Notes under the pieces: generated by a model
Seen by the model: only the letters and a program-made list of their open reading frames with translations
What the model was told of the DNA's origin: nothing
The model's database searches: none
Shown: one piece after another, positions 12,768 to 22,681 of the stretch
Layout: each line of letters opens with the position of its first letter
Numbering within the stretch: position 1 is the first letter of the stretch
DNA from: an uncultured Arcobacter sp.
Lineage (GTDB): Bacteria; Campylobacterota; Campylobacteria; Campylobacterales; Arcobacteraceae
NCBI GenBank assembly: GCA_965140705.1
Contig: OZ223301.1
Location: 192,001-256,000 of the forward strand
Direction of reading: 5' to 3'
DNA: 64,000 bases
Program-made: the position numbers and the translations under genes

Positions 12768-14883
12768 CTATATAAATATATTAGTATTATTTACTTTACT
12801 TATATTAGCAGTATCTTTTGGTTCTTTTAGTCATATATCAACTGATCTTCAATCTATACTTCCAAATAGTGAAAAGAAAGAGTTATTAAATGAATTTAAT
12901 ACTTTTAAAAGTACTAAAAAGATTTTTTTGAGTGTCGAAGGAATAGATAATAATGCTTTAGAAAAAATCAAGAAACTAGAAAGATCGTTTTCTAAAATTG
13001 AGGGTGTAAGTTTTGTAAAAATACAAGAAAATGAAAATTTAAAAAAGTATAAAGATAAATACAGAGTTTATATAGAAAAATTAGATAAAAAAAGTTTAGA
13101 TAATTTAAATATTACTAAAAAACTTGAAGAGATAAAATCAAATCTATTAAAATCAAATTTCTCATATTTTATAAATAAAGAAGATCCTTTAAATCTTTTT
13201 TTTAAGGATAATTCATTTACAAATTTGTCTATAAAAAATAATCACCTAAGTATAAAAGATAAGGCTTATATCTCTATTTTTAGTCTTGATAATTCAATAA
13301 ACACAATTTCAAAATATGAAAAAATATATGATTCAATAGAAAAAATAATTAGTAATGAAAAGAATATAAAAGTATTCTCTCCTATTTTTTATTTTGTAGA
13401 AAATTCAAGAATAATAAAAAATGATGTAAATAGAATAATTACGATTTCTACTTTATTATTGATATTATTGTATTTGGTTATTTTAAAAAATGTGAAATTG
13501 CTTTTAAATACTATTGTTACTTTGGTTTCATCTATTCTCTTTTCACTATTACTTTGCTCTTTTCTCTTTGATAAATTATCTATTTTTGTTGTTGTATTTG
13601 GTATATCAATTTCTACCGTTGCTATTGATTATATGTTTCATCATTATATGCATGACTATTATGAAAAGAAAAAAGCTTTTAATAAAGATGTTTTTTTAGG
13701 GATGGTTACTACTGTTGGTGCATTTATAATTTTGTCTTTTGTATCTTTTGATTTGATCAAGCAGTTTTGTTATTTTTCTATTATTTCTCTTCTGTTTTCA
13801 TATTATCAGTTTGCATTTTTATATCCCAAAATTAAGTTTTCTAAAAAAAGTATTACTACAAAGTATTATAAACTATATTCAAAAATTAGACCTATATATG
13901 TTATATTTTTTGCAGTTGTATTATTGATATTTTCAATAGATAAATTTCATTTTGATTTAAACCTAAAAAATCTTGATGTAAATAATACACAACTGAAACA
14001 AACAGAAAAATACTTTAATAATAGTTTAGATACTCAAAAGAATATGCCTGTTTTATTAAAAGCGAAATCTATAGAAAAGTTAATTGAAGATGCAAGAATA
14101 TTGAAAAATAAATATCCTAATTCTTATATTCCAACTTCTGTATTAATAGATGAAAAAAGTTTTTTAGATAAAAAGCTTTTATTACAAAAAATAGATTTAA
14201 AAAGTATAAAAGAACAATTGAATAAAAAAGCTATAATCTTGGGTTTTAAAAATAATTATTTTAAAGATGCATATAATTTAAATGAAAATAGACCAATTTA
14301 TACAAAACAATCAATAAATGATTTAGGTATAGAGTTACTTCATTTTAAAGGCAATTATTTAAGCTATGCAAATTTACCCAAAGATAAGGTTAATGATTTT
14401 TCTAAGTATGATTTTATAGTAAATATAAGTATCAAAACAATGTTTGAACAAAATCTAAGCTCTATATATAACGAACTTATGGTATATGGAGCAATAACTG
14501 TTTTATTTATTTTGCTTATGTTATTTTTATCAACAAAAGATAATTATCTCTTATCTTTTGCATATCTGATTTTCCCAATAGCTTTAATATTATCATTGTC
14601 ATTTTTTATGACATTTAATATTTTACATTTCTTTATGTTATTTGTTATTTTGTCTATAAGCATAGATTTTGGTATTTACCTAGGTTCAAAGAATTTAGAT
14701 AAAAATACTTATATAGCTATTTTTTACTCTTTATTATCTACTTTTGCTGGATTTGGTGTATTGATTTTTTCTAAAGTAAATGCTTTATTCTCAATAGGTG
14801 TAGTCGCATCTGTTGGGATACTTGCAATTACACTTCTAATAATAATTTTAAAAAGGCCTTCTTATGACTCTCAAAGTATTTAA
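12751..14883 (+). CDS. MMPL family exporter (ApeM-like)
   Basis: Two TM bundles with AIDY and SIDF motifs separated by large soluble loops; STFAGFGVL. Confidence 0.85.
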   Translation: MFKLTNYINILVLFTLLILAVSFGSFSHISTDLQSILPNSEKKELLNEFNTFKSTKKIFLSVEGIDNNALEKIKKLERSFSKIEGVSFVKIQENENLKKYKDKYRVYIEKLDKKSLDNLNITKKLEEIKSNLLKSNFSYFINKEDPLNLFFKDNSFTNLSIKNNHLSIKDKAYISIFSLDNSINTISKYEKIYDSIEKIISNEKNIKVFSPIFYFVENSRIIKNDVNRIITISTLLLILLYLVILKNVKLLLNTIVTLVSSILFSLLLCSFLFDKLSIFVVVFGISISTVAIDYMFHHYMHDYYEKKKAFNKDVFLGMVTTVGAFIILSFVSFDLIKQFCYFSIISLLFSYYQFAFLYPKIKFSKKSITTKYYKLYSKIRPIYVIFFAVVLLIFSIDKFHFDLNLKNLDVNNTQLKQTEKYFNNSLDTQKNMPVLLKAKSIEKLIEDARILKNKYPNSYIPTSVLIDEKSFLDKKLLLQKIDLKSIKEQLNKKAIILGFKNNYFKDAYNLNENRPIYTKQSINDLGIELLHFKGNYLSYANLPKDKVNDFSKYDFIVNISIKTMFEQNLSSIYNELMVYGAITVLFILLMLFLSTKDNYLLSFAYLIFPIALILSLSFFMTFNILHFFMLFVILSISIDFGIYLGSKNLDKNTYIAIFYSLLSTFAGFGVLIFSKVNALFSIGVVASVGILAITLLIIILKRPSYDSQSI

Positions 14884-16081
14884 TGATAATGGTTCAATAA
14901 ATGAATATGAAATAAAAAAAGAATTATTTTTTGATAAAGAATGCTTTAATAAAGTATCCTATATAGCTTCTTCAAAGAAAGAAACAAATGTTCTAAATAT
15001 GATTAAATCATATTTTTCAGGTGCTAAGTCAATTTTATTTGATGAGACAAATAAAGCATTGAGTGATTCCTTAGAGAAATTAAATATAAAAGAGTTTAAT
15101 GATATACGAAATAATGAGAATATTTTTTATGATAAAGATTTTATGTTTTTATATTTTAGTTCAGGAAGTACAGGGTTTCCAAGTGGAGCACTAAAAACAA
15201 AAGAAAATATTTTAGAAGAAGTAGAAGTAATTACTTCATCATTAAAAGAGTTTAATATAAAAAGAGTTATTGTTACTGTTCCTTTTCTTCACCTTTATGG
15301 TTCATTATATGGACTTTTTTTCCCTTTATTAAATGGAATAGACATAATATTAAAAGAGCATTTTTTACCCCATGATCTTTTAGATATGATAGATGATAAC
15401 TCTTTAGTTGTAACAACACCTTTATATATAAAAGCATTAAATAGAATTAATGAATCAAAAAATCTTTCTAAGTCTTTATTTGTAAGTTCAACAGGACCTT
15501 TATTTGCAGATGATGCAAAAGAGTTTAATGAAAAATTTTCTACAGATATTTTACAAATATTTGGTTCGACTGAAACAGGTGGAATATCGTATAAGTTTAA
15601 TGATGACTCTCTTTGGACAACTACTCCAAAAGTAATTACTTCTATAAATGAGAAAAATGAGTTAAAAGTAGAGTCCCCTTTTATCTCAAATCTGATTTAT
15701 GAAAAAGAGTTTAAAACAACAAATCATCAAATACAAACTTTCGATTATGTGGAGTTCTATGAGAATAAATTTAAGCTAATAGGAAGAAGTTCACAAATTC
15801 TAAAGATAGCTGGTAAAAGATACTCTACAATACAAATAGAAAATATCTTGGAAGAGGTTGATGGAATCGAAAAAGCAGTAGTATTTGTAAATTCGAATGA
15901 AAATAGTAGTCTAAAAGATGAGGTTTTAGATATTACGATTGAGAGTAAACAAGAGTTTTTAGTTAAAGATATAAGAAAGATATTACAAAACGAGTTATCA
16001 AATATTAAATTTTCTATTAATTTAAAAATTGTTGATAAAATAGAAATAACAAATATTGGGAAAAAAAGAAGGGTTATATAA
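14864..16081 (+). CDS. AMP-binding acyl-CoA/acyl-ACP synthetase (ApeH-like)
   Basis: FSSGSTGFP, HLYG, FGSTETGG, GRSSQILKIAGKR, terminal GK. Confidence 0.88.
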   Translation: MTLKVFNDNGSINEYEIKKELFFDKECFNKVSYIASSKKETNVLNMIKSYFSGAKSILFDETNKALSDSLEKLNIKEFNDIRNNENIFYDKDFMFLYFSSGSTGFPSGALKTKENILEEVEVITSSLKEFNIKRVIVTVPFLHLYGSLYGLFFPLLNGIDIILKEHFLPHDLLDMIDDNSLVVTTPLYIKALNRINESKNLSKSLFVSSTGPLFADDAKEFNEKFSTDILQIFGSTETGGISYKFNDDSLWTTTPKVITSINEKNELKVESPFISNLIYEKEFKTTNHQIQTFDYVEFYENKFKLIGRSSQILKIAGKRYSTIQIENILEEVDGIEKAVVFVNSNENSSLKDEVLDITIESKQEFLVKDIRKILQNELSNIKFSINLKIVDKIEITNIGKKRRVI

Positions 16082-16108
16082 TAAAGGCATTTGCCTTTAT
16101 TATAATTG

Positions 16109-16510
16109 TTACATTGAAAGTAATTTAATTTGTGTATTAATAGCTTTTTGTAAGTTTTGAATCCATCCATTATAATTTTTGTGAATAGTTCCTTTTTCTT
16201 TATTGTAGTTAAGGTTTAAACTATTATCATAAGTTATAGAATAACTTTTTTCATCATATGTAATATCAACTAATGCCATATGTGTTCTAAGATTTAATTG
16301 TCCTTTTGCTAAACCATCTTTAACTTTTGTTATATTCCAACCAAGCGTTGCACCTGCTGCATAAATTGCTTTATACATATCTGCTTTCGTTATTTTCTTA
16401 GTTGATACGACTGGATTATTTTTTACATTATAAATAGCAGCTGATCTACAACCTACTAAAAAAAATAATGTTAAAAATACTACACTAGTTATTTTTAAAA
16501 CGTTTTTCAT
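16109..16510 (-). CDS. Putative lipoprotein
   Basis: Signal peptide ending in an LVGC lipobox; IHKNYNGWIQNL C-terminal motif. Confidence 0.75.
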   Translation of the reverse strand: MKNVLKITSVVFLTLFFLVGCRSAAIYNVKNNPVVSTKKITKADMYKAIYAAGATLGWNITKVKDGLAKGQLNLRTHMALVDITYDEKSYSITYDNSLNLNYNKEKGTIHKNYNGWIQNLQKAINTQIKLLSM

Positions 16511-16594
16511 TTTGTCTCCTTAAAATTATAAGAATTATATCATTGTGATTATTATATTATAATTAATAAATTAGTTTTTAGTAAAAAATAATTT

Positions 16595-17386
16595 TTATTT
16601 AGATTCTAGTTTATTTAATTCTTTCATATTTAAATTATGACAAAGTTTTACACCATAAAGGAAAATTATCCATGAGGTATAAATCCAAAGGAAAGTGAAA
16701 AGGAGTGTTGCCATAGAGCCATATAGGGTTGTATATGTTTGATTGTATAAAATGTAGTATATAAATAAGTTTTTTGTTATTGATATAACTATTAAAGTAA
16801 GAAATGAAGATATAAGTGCTGCTTTTACATCAATGTGTGTATTAACTGTTAATTTAAATAGTACAAAAAAGATACTCCAACCTAAAATTATTGTTAATAA
16901 AAAATCAAAAATTGTGTTATTGTAAAATGTTGTTAAAATTATATATCCTGCAAAAATTACTGGAAGTAGGGTTATAAATAAGAGATAAAAGAAAAAAGAG
17001 GCATAAATTGATTTTCTTTTAGTTTTATGAATTTTATTTACAATATACTCATAGTCTTTAAAAAACATGGTAAATACAAATAACATATAAATAATTCCTA
17101 TGTTACCAAGTTTGTCTGAGTTTGCTATGAAGTTTTTAAACTCTTGGGCAAAGTTTTGTGAATGGGATGGATTGATTAGGTTTAGTATGTAGTTTATAAA
17201 TAAGTCTACATAATTGTTAAATTGTTCTAGGTTTGAAACTATTGCTATAATTAGGGCAAAAATTGGAAGAATTGAAAATATAGTAAAAAAGCTAAGACTT
17301 GCTGCATAATATGTTGTGTCATCATTGAAAAATGAATCTAAAATCTCTATTAATTTTGCAAATAGCTTTTTACTATTTTTTTTCAT
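16595..17386 (-). CDS. YihY/BrkB family membrane protein
   Basis: AASLSFFTIFSILP and YTTLYGS...LWIY motifs. Confidence 0.88.
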   Translation of the reverse strand: MKKNSKKLFAKLIEILDSFFNDDTTYYAASLSFFTIFSILPIFALIIAIVSNLEQFNNYVDLFINYILNLINPSHSQNFAQEFKNFIANSDKLGNIGIIYMLFVFTMFFKDYEYIVNKIHKTKRKSIYASFFFYLLFITLLPVIFAGYIILTTFYNNTIFDFLLTIILGWSIFFVLFKLTVNTHIDVKAALISSFLTLIVISITKNLFIYYILYNQTYTTLYGSMATLLFTFLWIYTSWIIFLYGVKLCHNLNMKELNKLESK

Positions 17387-17395
17387 TTTTTCACT

Positions 17396-18784
17396 TTATA
17401 ATCCCATTTTGTGAGGATTTAAAATGTTATTTGGATCAAAAGCTTTTTTGATACTTTTAAATAATTCAAGTTCTGCTTGAGAAAATGCAATATTCATAAA
17501 TGGAGCCTTTGATAAACCAATTCCATGTTCTCCACTTAAAGTACCACCCATGTCAACTACTAGCTGAAAAATCTCCTCAATGGCTTTATGTCCATCATGC
17601 ATCTCTTTTTCATTTGTTTTATCTTTAACCATTACATTAACATGAATATTTCCATCTCCCGCATGTCCAAAACAAGGAACATTGAAACCATACTTTTCAC
17701 CAATTTTATATATCTCTTCTAGTGCTTCTGGTAGTTTACTTCTTGGAACTGAAATATCTTCATTAAGTTTTTTAGTTCCATATATGGCAGTTGCTGGACT
17801 TGCATTTCGTCTTGCAAACCATAATTTAGCTGCCTCTTCATCATTTTGTGCAACTATAAATTCAGTTGAACCATATTGTGCAAAAGAGTCTTTTAAAGTT
17901 TTTAGTTGCTCATCAACTTCTGCTTGGCTACTTCCATCAACGTCACCAACTAAAATCCCACCTGCATTTTCAGGTAGACTTACTTGTGGGAATTTTTGTT
18001 TTAAGGCTTTTATTACTAAAGCATCTAAAAATTCCATTGCAACTGGATTTGCACCAGCAGCTAGGGATTTAAATACAGCATTCATAGCTTTATTTACATC
18101 TGGGAAAACACCCATGTATGTTTGTTTGAATTTTGGTTTTGGAATAAGTTTTAGAGTTATTTCTGTGATAATTGCTAGTGTTCCTTCACTTGCTATTAAA
18201 ATACCAGCAGTATTATATCCTGCCACATCTTTGATAGTTTTTTTACCAGCTCTTATTATTTCACCATTTGGAAGTACTGCTCTAAGAGCTACTACGTAGT
18301 CTTTTGTAATACCATATTTTGCAGCTCTCATTCCACCTGCATTTTCACTTACATTTCCACCAAGTGTTGAGTAGTGCTCACTTGCTGGATCTGGTGGATA
18401 AAATAAACCTACTTCTTCAACTGCTTTTTGAAACTCCATATTAATAAGACCTGGTTGTACAACTCCTAACATGTTTTCCATATCTATTTCAAGTAGCTTA
18501 TTCATATGTCGCTCTAAACTTAAAATAATCCCACCTTCAGAAGGAAGAGCTCCTCCTGTAAAACCAGAACCAGCACCTCTTGGAACTATTACAATTTTAT
18601 TATCATTACAATATTTCAATACAGCTGATACATCTTGCTCATTTCTTGGAAAAACAACAGCATCTGGTTCAAATCTCTCTTTCGTTGCATCATAGCAATA
18701 AGCTATTAAATGAGCTCTATCACTTTTTACATTCTCTTCACCTACAATCGAAATAAAGTATTCTATATGATTATTTTTTATCAT
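17396..18784 (-). CDS. glcD: FAD-linked oxidase, glycolate oxidase subunit D-like
   Basis: PRGAGSGFTGG, YPPDPAS, GHAGDGNIH, GEHGIG. Confidence 0.88.
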   Translation of the reverse strand: MIKNNHIEYFISIVGEENVKSDRAHLIAYCYDATKERFEPDAVVFPRNEQDVSAVLKYCNDNKIVIVPRGAGSGFTGGALPSEGGIILSLERHMNKLLEIDMENMLGVVQPGLINMEFQKAVEEVGLFYPPDPASEHYSTLGGNVSENAGGMRAAKYGITKDYVVALRAVLPNGEIIRAGKKTIKDVAGYNTAGILIASEGTLAIITEITLKLIPKPKFKQTYMGVFPDVNKAMNAVFKSLAAGANPVAMEFLDALVIKALKQKFPQVSLPENAGGILVGDVDGSSQAEVDEQLKTLKDSFAQYGSTEFIVAQNDEEAAKLWFARRNASPATAIYGTKKLNEDISVPRSKLPEALEEIYKIGEKYGFNVPCFGHAGDGNIHVNVMVKDKTNEKEMHDGHKAIEEIFQLVVDMGGTLSGEHGIGLSKAPFMNIAFSQAELELFKSIKKAFDPNNILNPHKMGL

Positions 18785-19847
18785 TATTTAGTCCTAAAAG
18801 ATTTGTATAATAAGAATTGTAATCCATTTGATCTTTACTTTTTTTAGTTGCTAAATCACCGTATAAAACTTCTTCTTCTGTTCTATCATCATTTAAGAAC
18901 TTAGTAATAGCAGAGAAGTCTAACCAACTCCAAATATCAGTTGTGAAAATATTTGATTCAATTTTCTCAATTCTTGTATAAAATGGCATCTGTGTTTTAC
19001 TTGAGATATTAGGAACCGTTTGTTTATTTAAAAGTGTAAACGTTCTACTATCTAAGATATACAAATTAGATTTGATAACAATAAATATTGTTCCCATATT
19101 TTGAGAAAGTGCAAACTCTTGGATTATTTTTTGAGTTGGAAGAGGTCTATATTCACTTTTTAAATATTCTCCAAAGATATCAGAATGTACAAAGTTATTT
19201 TCAGTAAATTTTTTTCTTGTAGCTCTAAATGCATCAATATTTGGTGTAATTAATAAACTTTGATCATACATAAAATTTAAGATAAATGTATCATTATTTG
19301 CCACAGTTCTATTTGATGTTGGAATTGCATTTTGTTTTAAATCTAAAAATGGAATAAATTTTACAATTGAATAGTTTGAATTCGAACTTTCAACATAAGC
19401 ACTTGAGATAATAAGTGAATTACCATCTTTATATGTATGTTGAATAACACCACTTTGTCCAATTTTTAAGTTGCCAATATCTATTTTTGCATGGTCACTT
19501 GTTACATCATAGAGTTTAGTTGTTTGAGTTTGCATATCTAAAGCAGTTGTTATATCATTTTTAGAACTTAACTCTTTAGATATAACTACAGGATTTATAT
19601 CACTTAAAATATAATTATAGTCTAAACCTTTTTTTGCATTTTTGATTTCAATATCTTTTATATACCAACCAGCTCTTTTCATCTCTTTTAGTGATTTTTC
19701 ACCTTTACATTCACCACCGTCTAATTTAGTAGTTTCAATAGTTGATGGAGTTTCCCAAGATTTTTTATAACAAATTGTAGTTTTTGCATTTAAACTATTT
19801 GCAACTAAAAGTGTTGCTCCAAGTAGTAATAATTTATTATTTATCAT
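18771..19847 (-). CDS. Exported protein with a plasminogen-binding protein (PgbA) N-terminal-type domain
   Basis: Signal peptide; LKIGQSGVI, LKQNAIP, HSDIF and FYTRIE segments typical of Campylobacterota PgbA. Confidence 0.65.
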   Translation of the reverse strand: MINNKLLLLGATLLVANSLNAKTTICYKKSWETPSTIETTKLDGGECKGEKSLKEMKRAGWYIKDIEIKNAKKGLDYNYILSDINPVVISKELSSKNDITTALDMQTQTTKLYDVTSDHAKIDIGNLKIGQSGVIQHTYKDGNSLIISSAYVESSNSNYSIVKFIPFLDLKQNAIPTSNRTVANNDTFILNFMYDQSLLITPNIDAFRATRKKFTENNFVHSDIFGEYLKSEYRPLPTQKIIQEFALSQNMGTIFIVIKSNLYILDSRTFTLLNKQTVPNISSKTQMPFYTRIEKIESNIFTTDIWSWLDFSAITKFLNDDRTEEEVLYGDLATKKSKDQMDYNSYYTNLLGLNNDKK

Positions 19848-19855
19848 TTTTTTCC

Positions 19856-20362
19856 TTATTTAGTTTGTAACTCTTGTAATTTTTCTTTTACTTCATCCAC
19901 ATGGAGGATTTCAATAGTTTCACCATTTACTTTTTTCTTTTTTCTTACACTTACTTTTTCCCAAACTGCTGCAATTTCACCTTTTGGGTTTATAATAAAT
20001 GTAGTTCTAACTACTCCCATAGACTCTCTACCCATGAATTTTTTAAGTTGCCATACACCATAATCTTCACACATTTTTTTCTCAACATCTGCAAGTAGTG
20101 TTATGCTTAAATTTTGTTTTTCTATAAAGTTTCTATGTTTTGCTGGAGTATCTGAACTTACTCCTAAAATAGTAGCATCTAAGTTATCAAATTCTGGCAT
20201 AGAAGCTGTAAAGTCACAAGCTTCAGTTGTACAACCTGGCGTATTATCTCTTGGATAAAAATATAAAACTATCCAGCTTCCTTTTATATCTCTTAAACAA
20301 ATTTCTACATCATCTTGATTTGGTGCACAAAAATCTGGTGCTATTGAATTTACTTCTAACAT
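19856..20362 (-). CDS. bcp: Thioredoxin-dependent peroxiredoxin Bcp
   Basis: LYFYPRDNTPGCTTEAC. Confidence 0.93.
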   Translation of the reverse strand: MLEVNSIAPDFCAPNQDDVEICLRDIKGSWIVLYFYPRDNTPGCTTEACDFTASMPEFDNLDATILGVSSDTPAKHRNFIEKQNLSITLLADVEKKMCEDYGVWQLKKFMGRESMGVVRTTFIINPKGEIAAVWEKVSVRKKKKVNGETIEILHVDEVKEKLQELQTK

Positions 20363-20373
20363 TTTATAATTCC

Positions 20374-21084
20374 TTATTCTTTTATTGCTATAAATGTTGC
20401 AAAATTAACCCACTTGAAAAGTGTTTCACAATGGGTAAATCCAGCATCTTTTATCATTTTTTTATTTTCATCTTCTGTATATGGTATCAAAACATTTTCC
20501 AAAGCTTCTCTTTTTTGAGAAATCTCAAATTCTGAATACCCTTGTGTTTTTTTAAATTCATAATACTCATCAATACATTGTTTATTTAAAACATTATTTG
20601 ATGAAATTACTTTTTCACTAAAAATAAAAACCCCTTTCTTTTCTAAAGAGTCGTATATTTTTTTTATAAGTTTTTCCCTTTGTAAAGGTCTTATAAATTG
20701 AAGTGTATAGTTAGATATAATTAAGTTAGCACTTGATAAATCAACATCATGAATATCACCACAAATAAAATCAATATCAACACCAAAAGCTTTAGCTTTG
20801 TTTGAAGCTCTATTTAACATGGCTTGTGAATTATCAATACCAATCAAATTTAACTTTTTATTGCAATGCTTACCAAGCTCTATTAATGTTGATGCAGTTG
20901 AGCAACCTAAATCAAAAACTTTATAATCATCTTCTAAAAAATTTAGTGCAAAATTTATAGTTAATCTTTGCATCTCTTTATAATATGGAACCGAACGATT
21001 AAGCATATCATCAAAGACTGATGCAACCTCTTCGTCAAATTCAAATTGTTTTTTAATTGATTTATTAAATACTTTATCTATCAT
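20374..21084 (-). CDS. cmoA: Carboxy-S-adenosyl-L-methionine synthase
   Basis: [35 protein letters not shown]. Confidence 0.93.
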   Translation of the reverse strand: MIDKVFNKSIKKQFEFDEEVASVFDDMLNRSVPYYKEMQRLTINFALNFLEDDYKVFDLGCSTASTLIELGKHCNKKLNLIGIDNSQAMLNRASNKAKAFGVDIDFICGDIHDVDLSSANLIISNYTLQFIRPLQREKLIKKIYDSLEKKGVFIFSEKVISSNNVLNKQCIDEYYEFKKTQGYSEFEISQKREALENVLIPYTEDENKKMIKDAGFTHCETLFKWVNFATFIAIKE

Positions 21085-21090
21085 GTAGAT

Positions 21091-21099
21091 ATTCTATCA
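21091..21099 (-). promoter_or_regulatory. Extended -10 (TGaTAGAAT) 6 nt before the cmoA ATG; probable leaderless promoter
   Basis: Minus strand reads TGATAGAAT-atctac-ATG; no SD present. Confidence 0.6.
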
Positions 21100-21120
21100 A
21101 AATGATTATTAATAATCATT

Positions 21121-21948
21121 TTATAAAGTAAGATTAAAATAGATTTTACAATCATTTATATCATTTACTATTTGTTCTTTTAGTTTTTCAAAAGAATCAA
21201 ACTTTTGATTGTCTCTTAATTTTTTGAAAAATTTAATTGATATATTACTATTGTGTGCTGAAATATCTTTATTTAAAATATGTGTTTCAACTGCAAAGTT
21301 GCCATCAGTAGTGACTCTGTGACCTAAAAATGAAATGGATGGATAGCTTACATTATCAACTTTTGTTTTAGTGATATAAACTCCTTCATTAGGTAATAAA
21401 TACTCTTTTATATCTAGGTTAATAGTTGGAACAAAATCTGACTTTCCTAAGCCTTGACCTTTTATTTGAGTTCCTTTTATTTCATATTTTCTTCCAAGGA
21501 GGGTATTTGCTGTTTCAAAGTCTCCGTTTTTTATGTATTCTCTGATTATTCTTGAGTGTATTGCAATATCATTTATACTTATTTCATTTACAACAACAAC
21601 TTCTCCATCAAAGAGTGATTTTAGCTCTTCTGTAGAGTTAGCTCTATTTTTCCCAAAACAAAAATCAAAACCTACAACTATTTTTTTTAATTTTGGGAAT
21701 TCACTTTTTAATAGTTTTATAAACTCTTTACCACTTAAGTTTTTTATATCATTTAATTCATAATAAAATATTGGGAAAGTTGTGCATTTTTCTCTTTGTT
21801 CTTTTGGCGTCATATTTGCATGACCAGTTTCAATTGCAATAATAGCACCATTTGAAGTTAAATTATTAAATAAAGATTGATGGGCTATATGCATCCCATC
21901 AAATCCTCCAATTGCAACAGATGTTATGTTTTTTTTATCTTTATTCAT
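21121..21948 (-). CDS. ribF: Bifunctional riboflavin kinase/FAD synthetase
   Basis: GGFDGMHIAH, VGFDFCFG, PTIN, EGVY, VETHI. Confidence 0.92.
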   Translation of the reverse strand: MNKDKKNITSVAIGGFDGMHIAHQSLFNNLTSNGAIIAIETGHANMTPKEQREKCTTFPIFYYELNDIKNLSGKEFIKLLKSEFPKLKKIVVGFDFCFGKNRANSTEELKSLFDGEVVVVNEISINDIAIHSRIIREYIKNGDFETANTLLGRKYEIKGTQIKGQGLGKSDFVPTINLDIKEYLLPNEGVYITKTKVDNVSYPSISFLGHRVTTDGNFAVETHILNKDISAHNSNISIKFFKKLRDNQKFDSFEKLKEQIVNDINDCKIYFNLTL

Positions 21949-22667
21949 TTCTCTACCTCTATTTTTTTGAAGTAAAATAGCTCTTCAATATTGCCATCTT
22001 TCCCTTCTAGTTTACTTTTAGAACTTTTTATTAGTTTCCAATTTAAAAGAACAGTTACTCCTAAAAACTTTCTTCTTGCGAGATCTATGGCATCTTTATC
22101 TTTTACCATACCTTTTTTATCTCTTTTGACATTTGTGCCAACTTCAAATTGGGGTTTAAATAATACTATTATATTTTTTGTTGATAATCTATTTATATCA
22201 TCTATAATATTGTGCAAACTTATAAAAGAGACATCACAAGTCACGATATCAAAAGCTTTATCACTTTTAAAGTCTCTAATATCGCAGTTTTCATAAAATT
22301 CTATTTTTTTATCATGTTTTATTTTTTCATGGAGTTGATTGGAACCTACATCAACGCAAGTTACACTTTTAACACCATTTTCAAGAAGTATTTGAGTAAA
22401 GCCACCGGTGCTAGAGCCTATATCTAAAGCAGTTAAATCATTTAGGTCTAAATCGATTTCATCTAAGAAGTATTTTAATTTATATGCAGCCCTTGAGACA
22501 TAAAAAGTATCTTCTAGTATTTCAACTTTGTGAGTCTCTTCTACATTAAAAGATGGTTTTGTTATAATGGCACCATCTATTTTTATTTTATTTGCTTTTA
22601 TAAGTTCATGCGCCTTATTTCTACTTTGTATGTCGAAAGCTTTTGTTAAAAATAAATCTAATCTCAT
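21945..22667 (-). CDS. tlyA: TlyA family rRNA (cytidine-2'-O)-methyltransferase
   Basis: S4-like MRLD start, YVSRAAYKL, DIGSSTGGFT, DVSFIS, KPQFE, GNIE. Confidence 0.92.
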   Translation of the reverse strand: MRLDLFLTKAFDIQSRNKAHELIKANKIKIDGAIITKPSFNVEETHKVEILEDTFYVSRAAYKLKYFLDEIDLDLNDLTALDIGSSTGGFTQILLENGVKSVTCVDVGSNQLHEKIKHDKKIEFYENCDIRDFKSDKAFDIVTCDVSFISLHNIIDDINRLSTKNIIVLFKPQFEVGTNVKRDKKGMVKDKDAIDLARRKFLGVTVLLNWKLIKSSKSKLEGKDGNIEELFYFKKIEVEK

Positions 22668-22674
22668 GGGTGGA

Positions 22675-22680
22675 ATTATA
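22675..22680 (-). promoter_or_regulatory. -10 box (TATAAT) 7 nt before the tlyA ATG; probable leaderless promoter
   Basis: Minus strand reads TATAAT-tccaccc-ATG; no SD present. Confidence 0.6.
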
Positions 22681-22681
22681 G

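Larger units (their letters stand above)
4109..16081. other. Aryl polyene-like (type II PKS/FAS) biosynthetic gene cluster, two divergent operons, 14 genes
   Basis: Co-located MTase, two hotdog dehydratases, CLF, KS, ACP, GT2, LpxL-like acyltransferase, MIO lyase, FabG, COG4648-like membrane protein, LolA-like, MMPL and AMP ligase, matching the ape cluster inventory. Confidence 0.85.

Noticed and set aside
4022..16600. PKS cluster as an island integrated at tRNA-Thr
   Set aside because: No integrase and no repeat of the tRNA 3' end seen near the right border; adjacency alone is insufficient.
17682..18299. 205-aa antisense ORF in glcD and similar short antisense or alternate-frame ORFs throughout the window
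   Set aside because: They lie wholly within well-supported genes and have no recognisable motifs.
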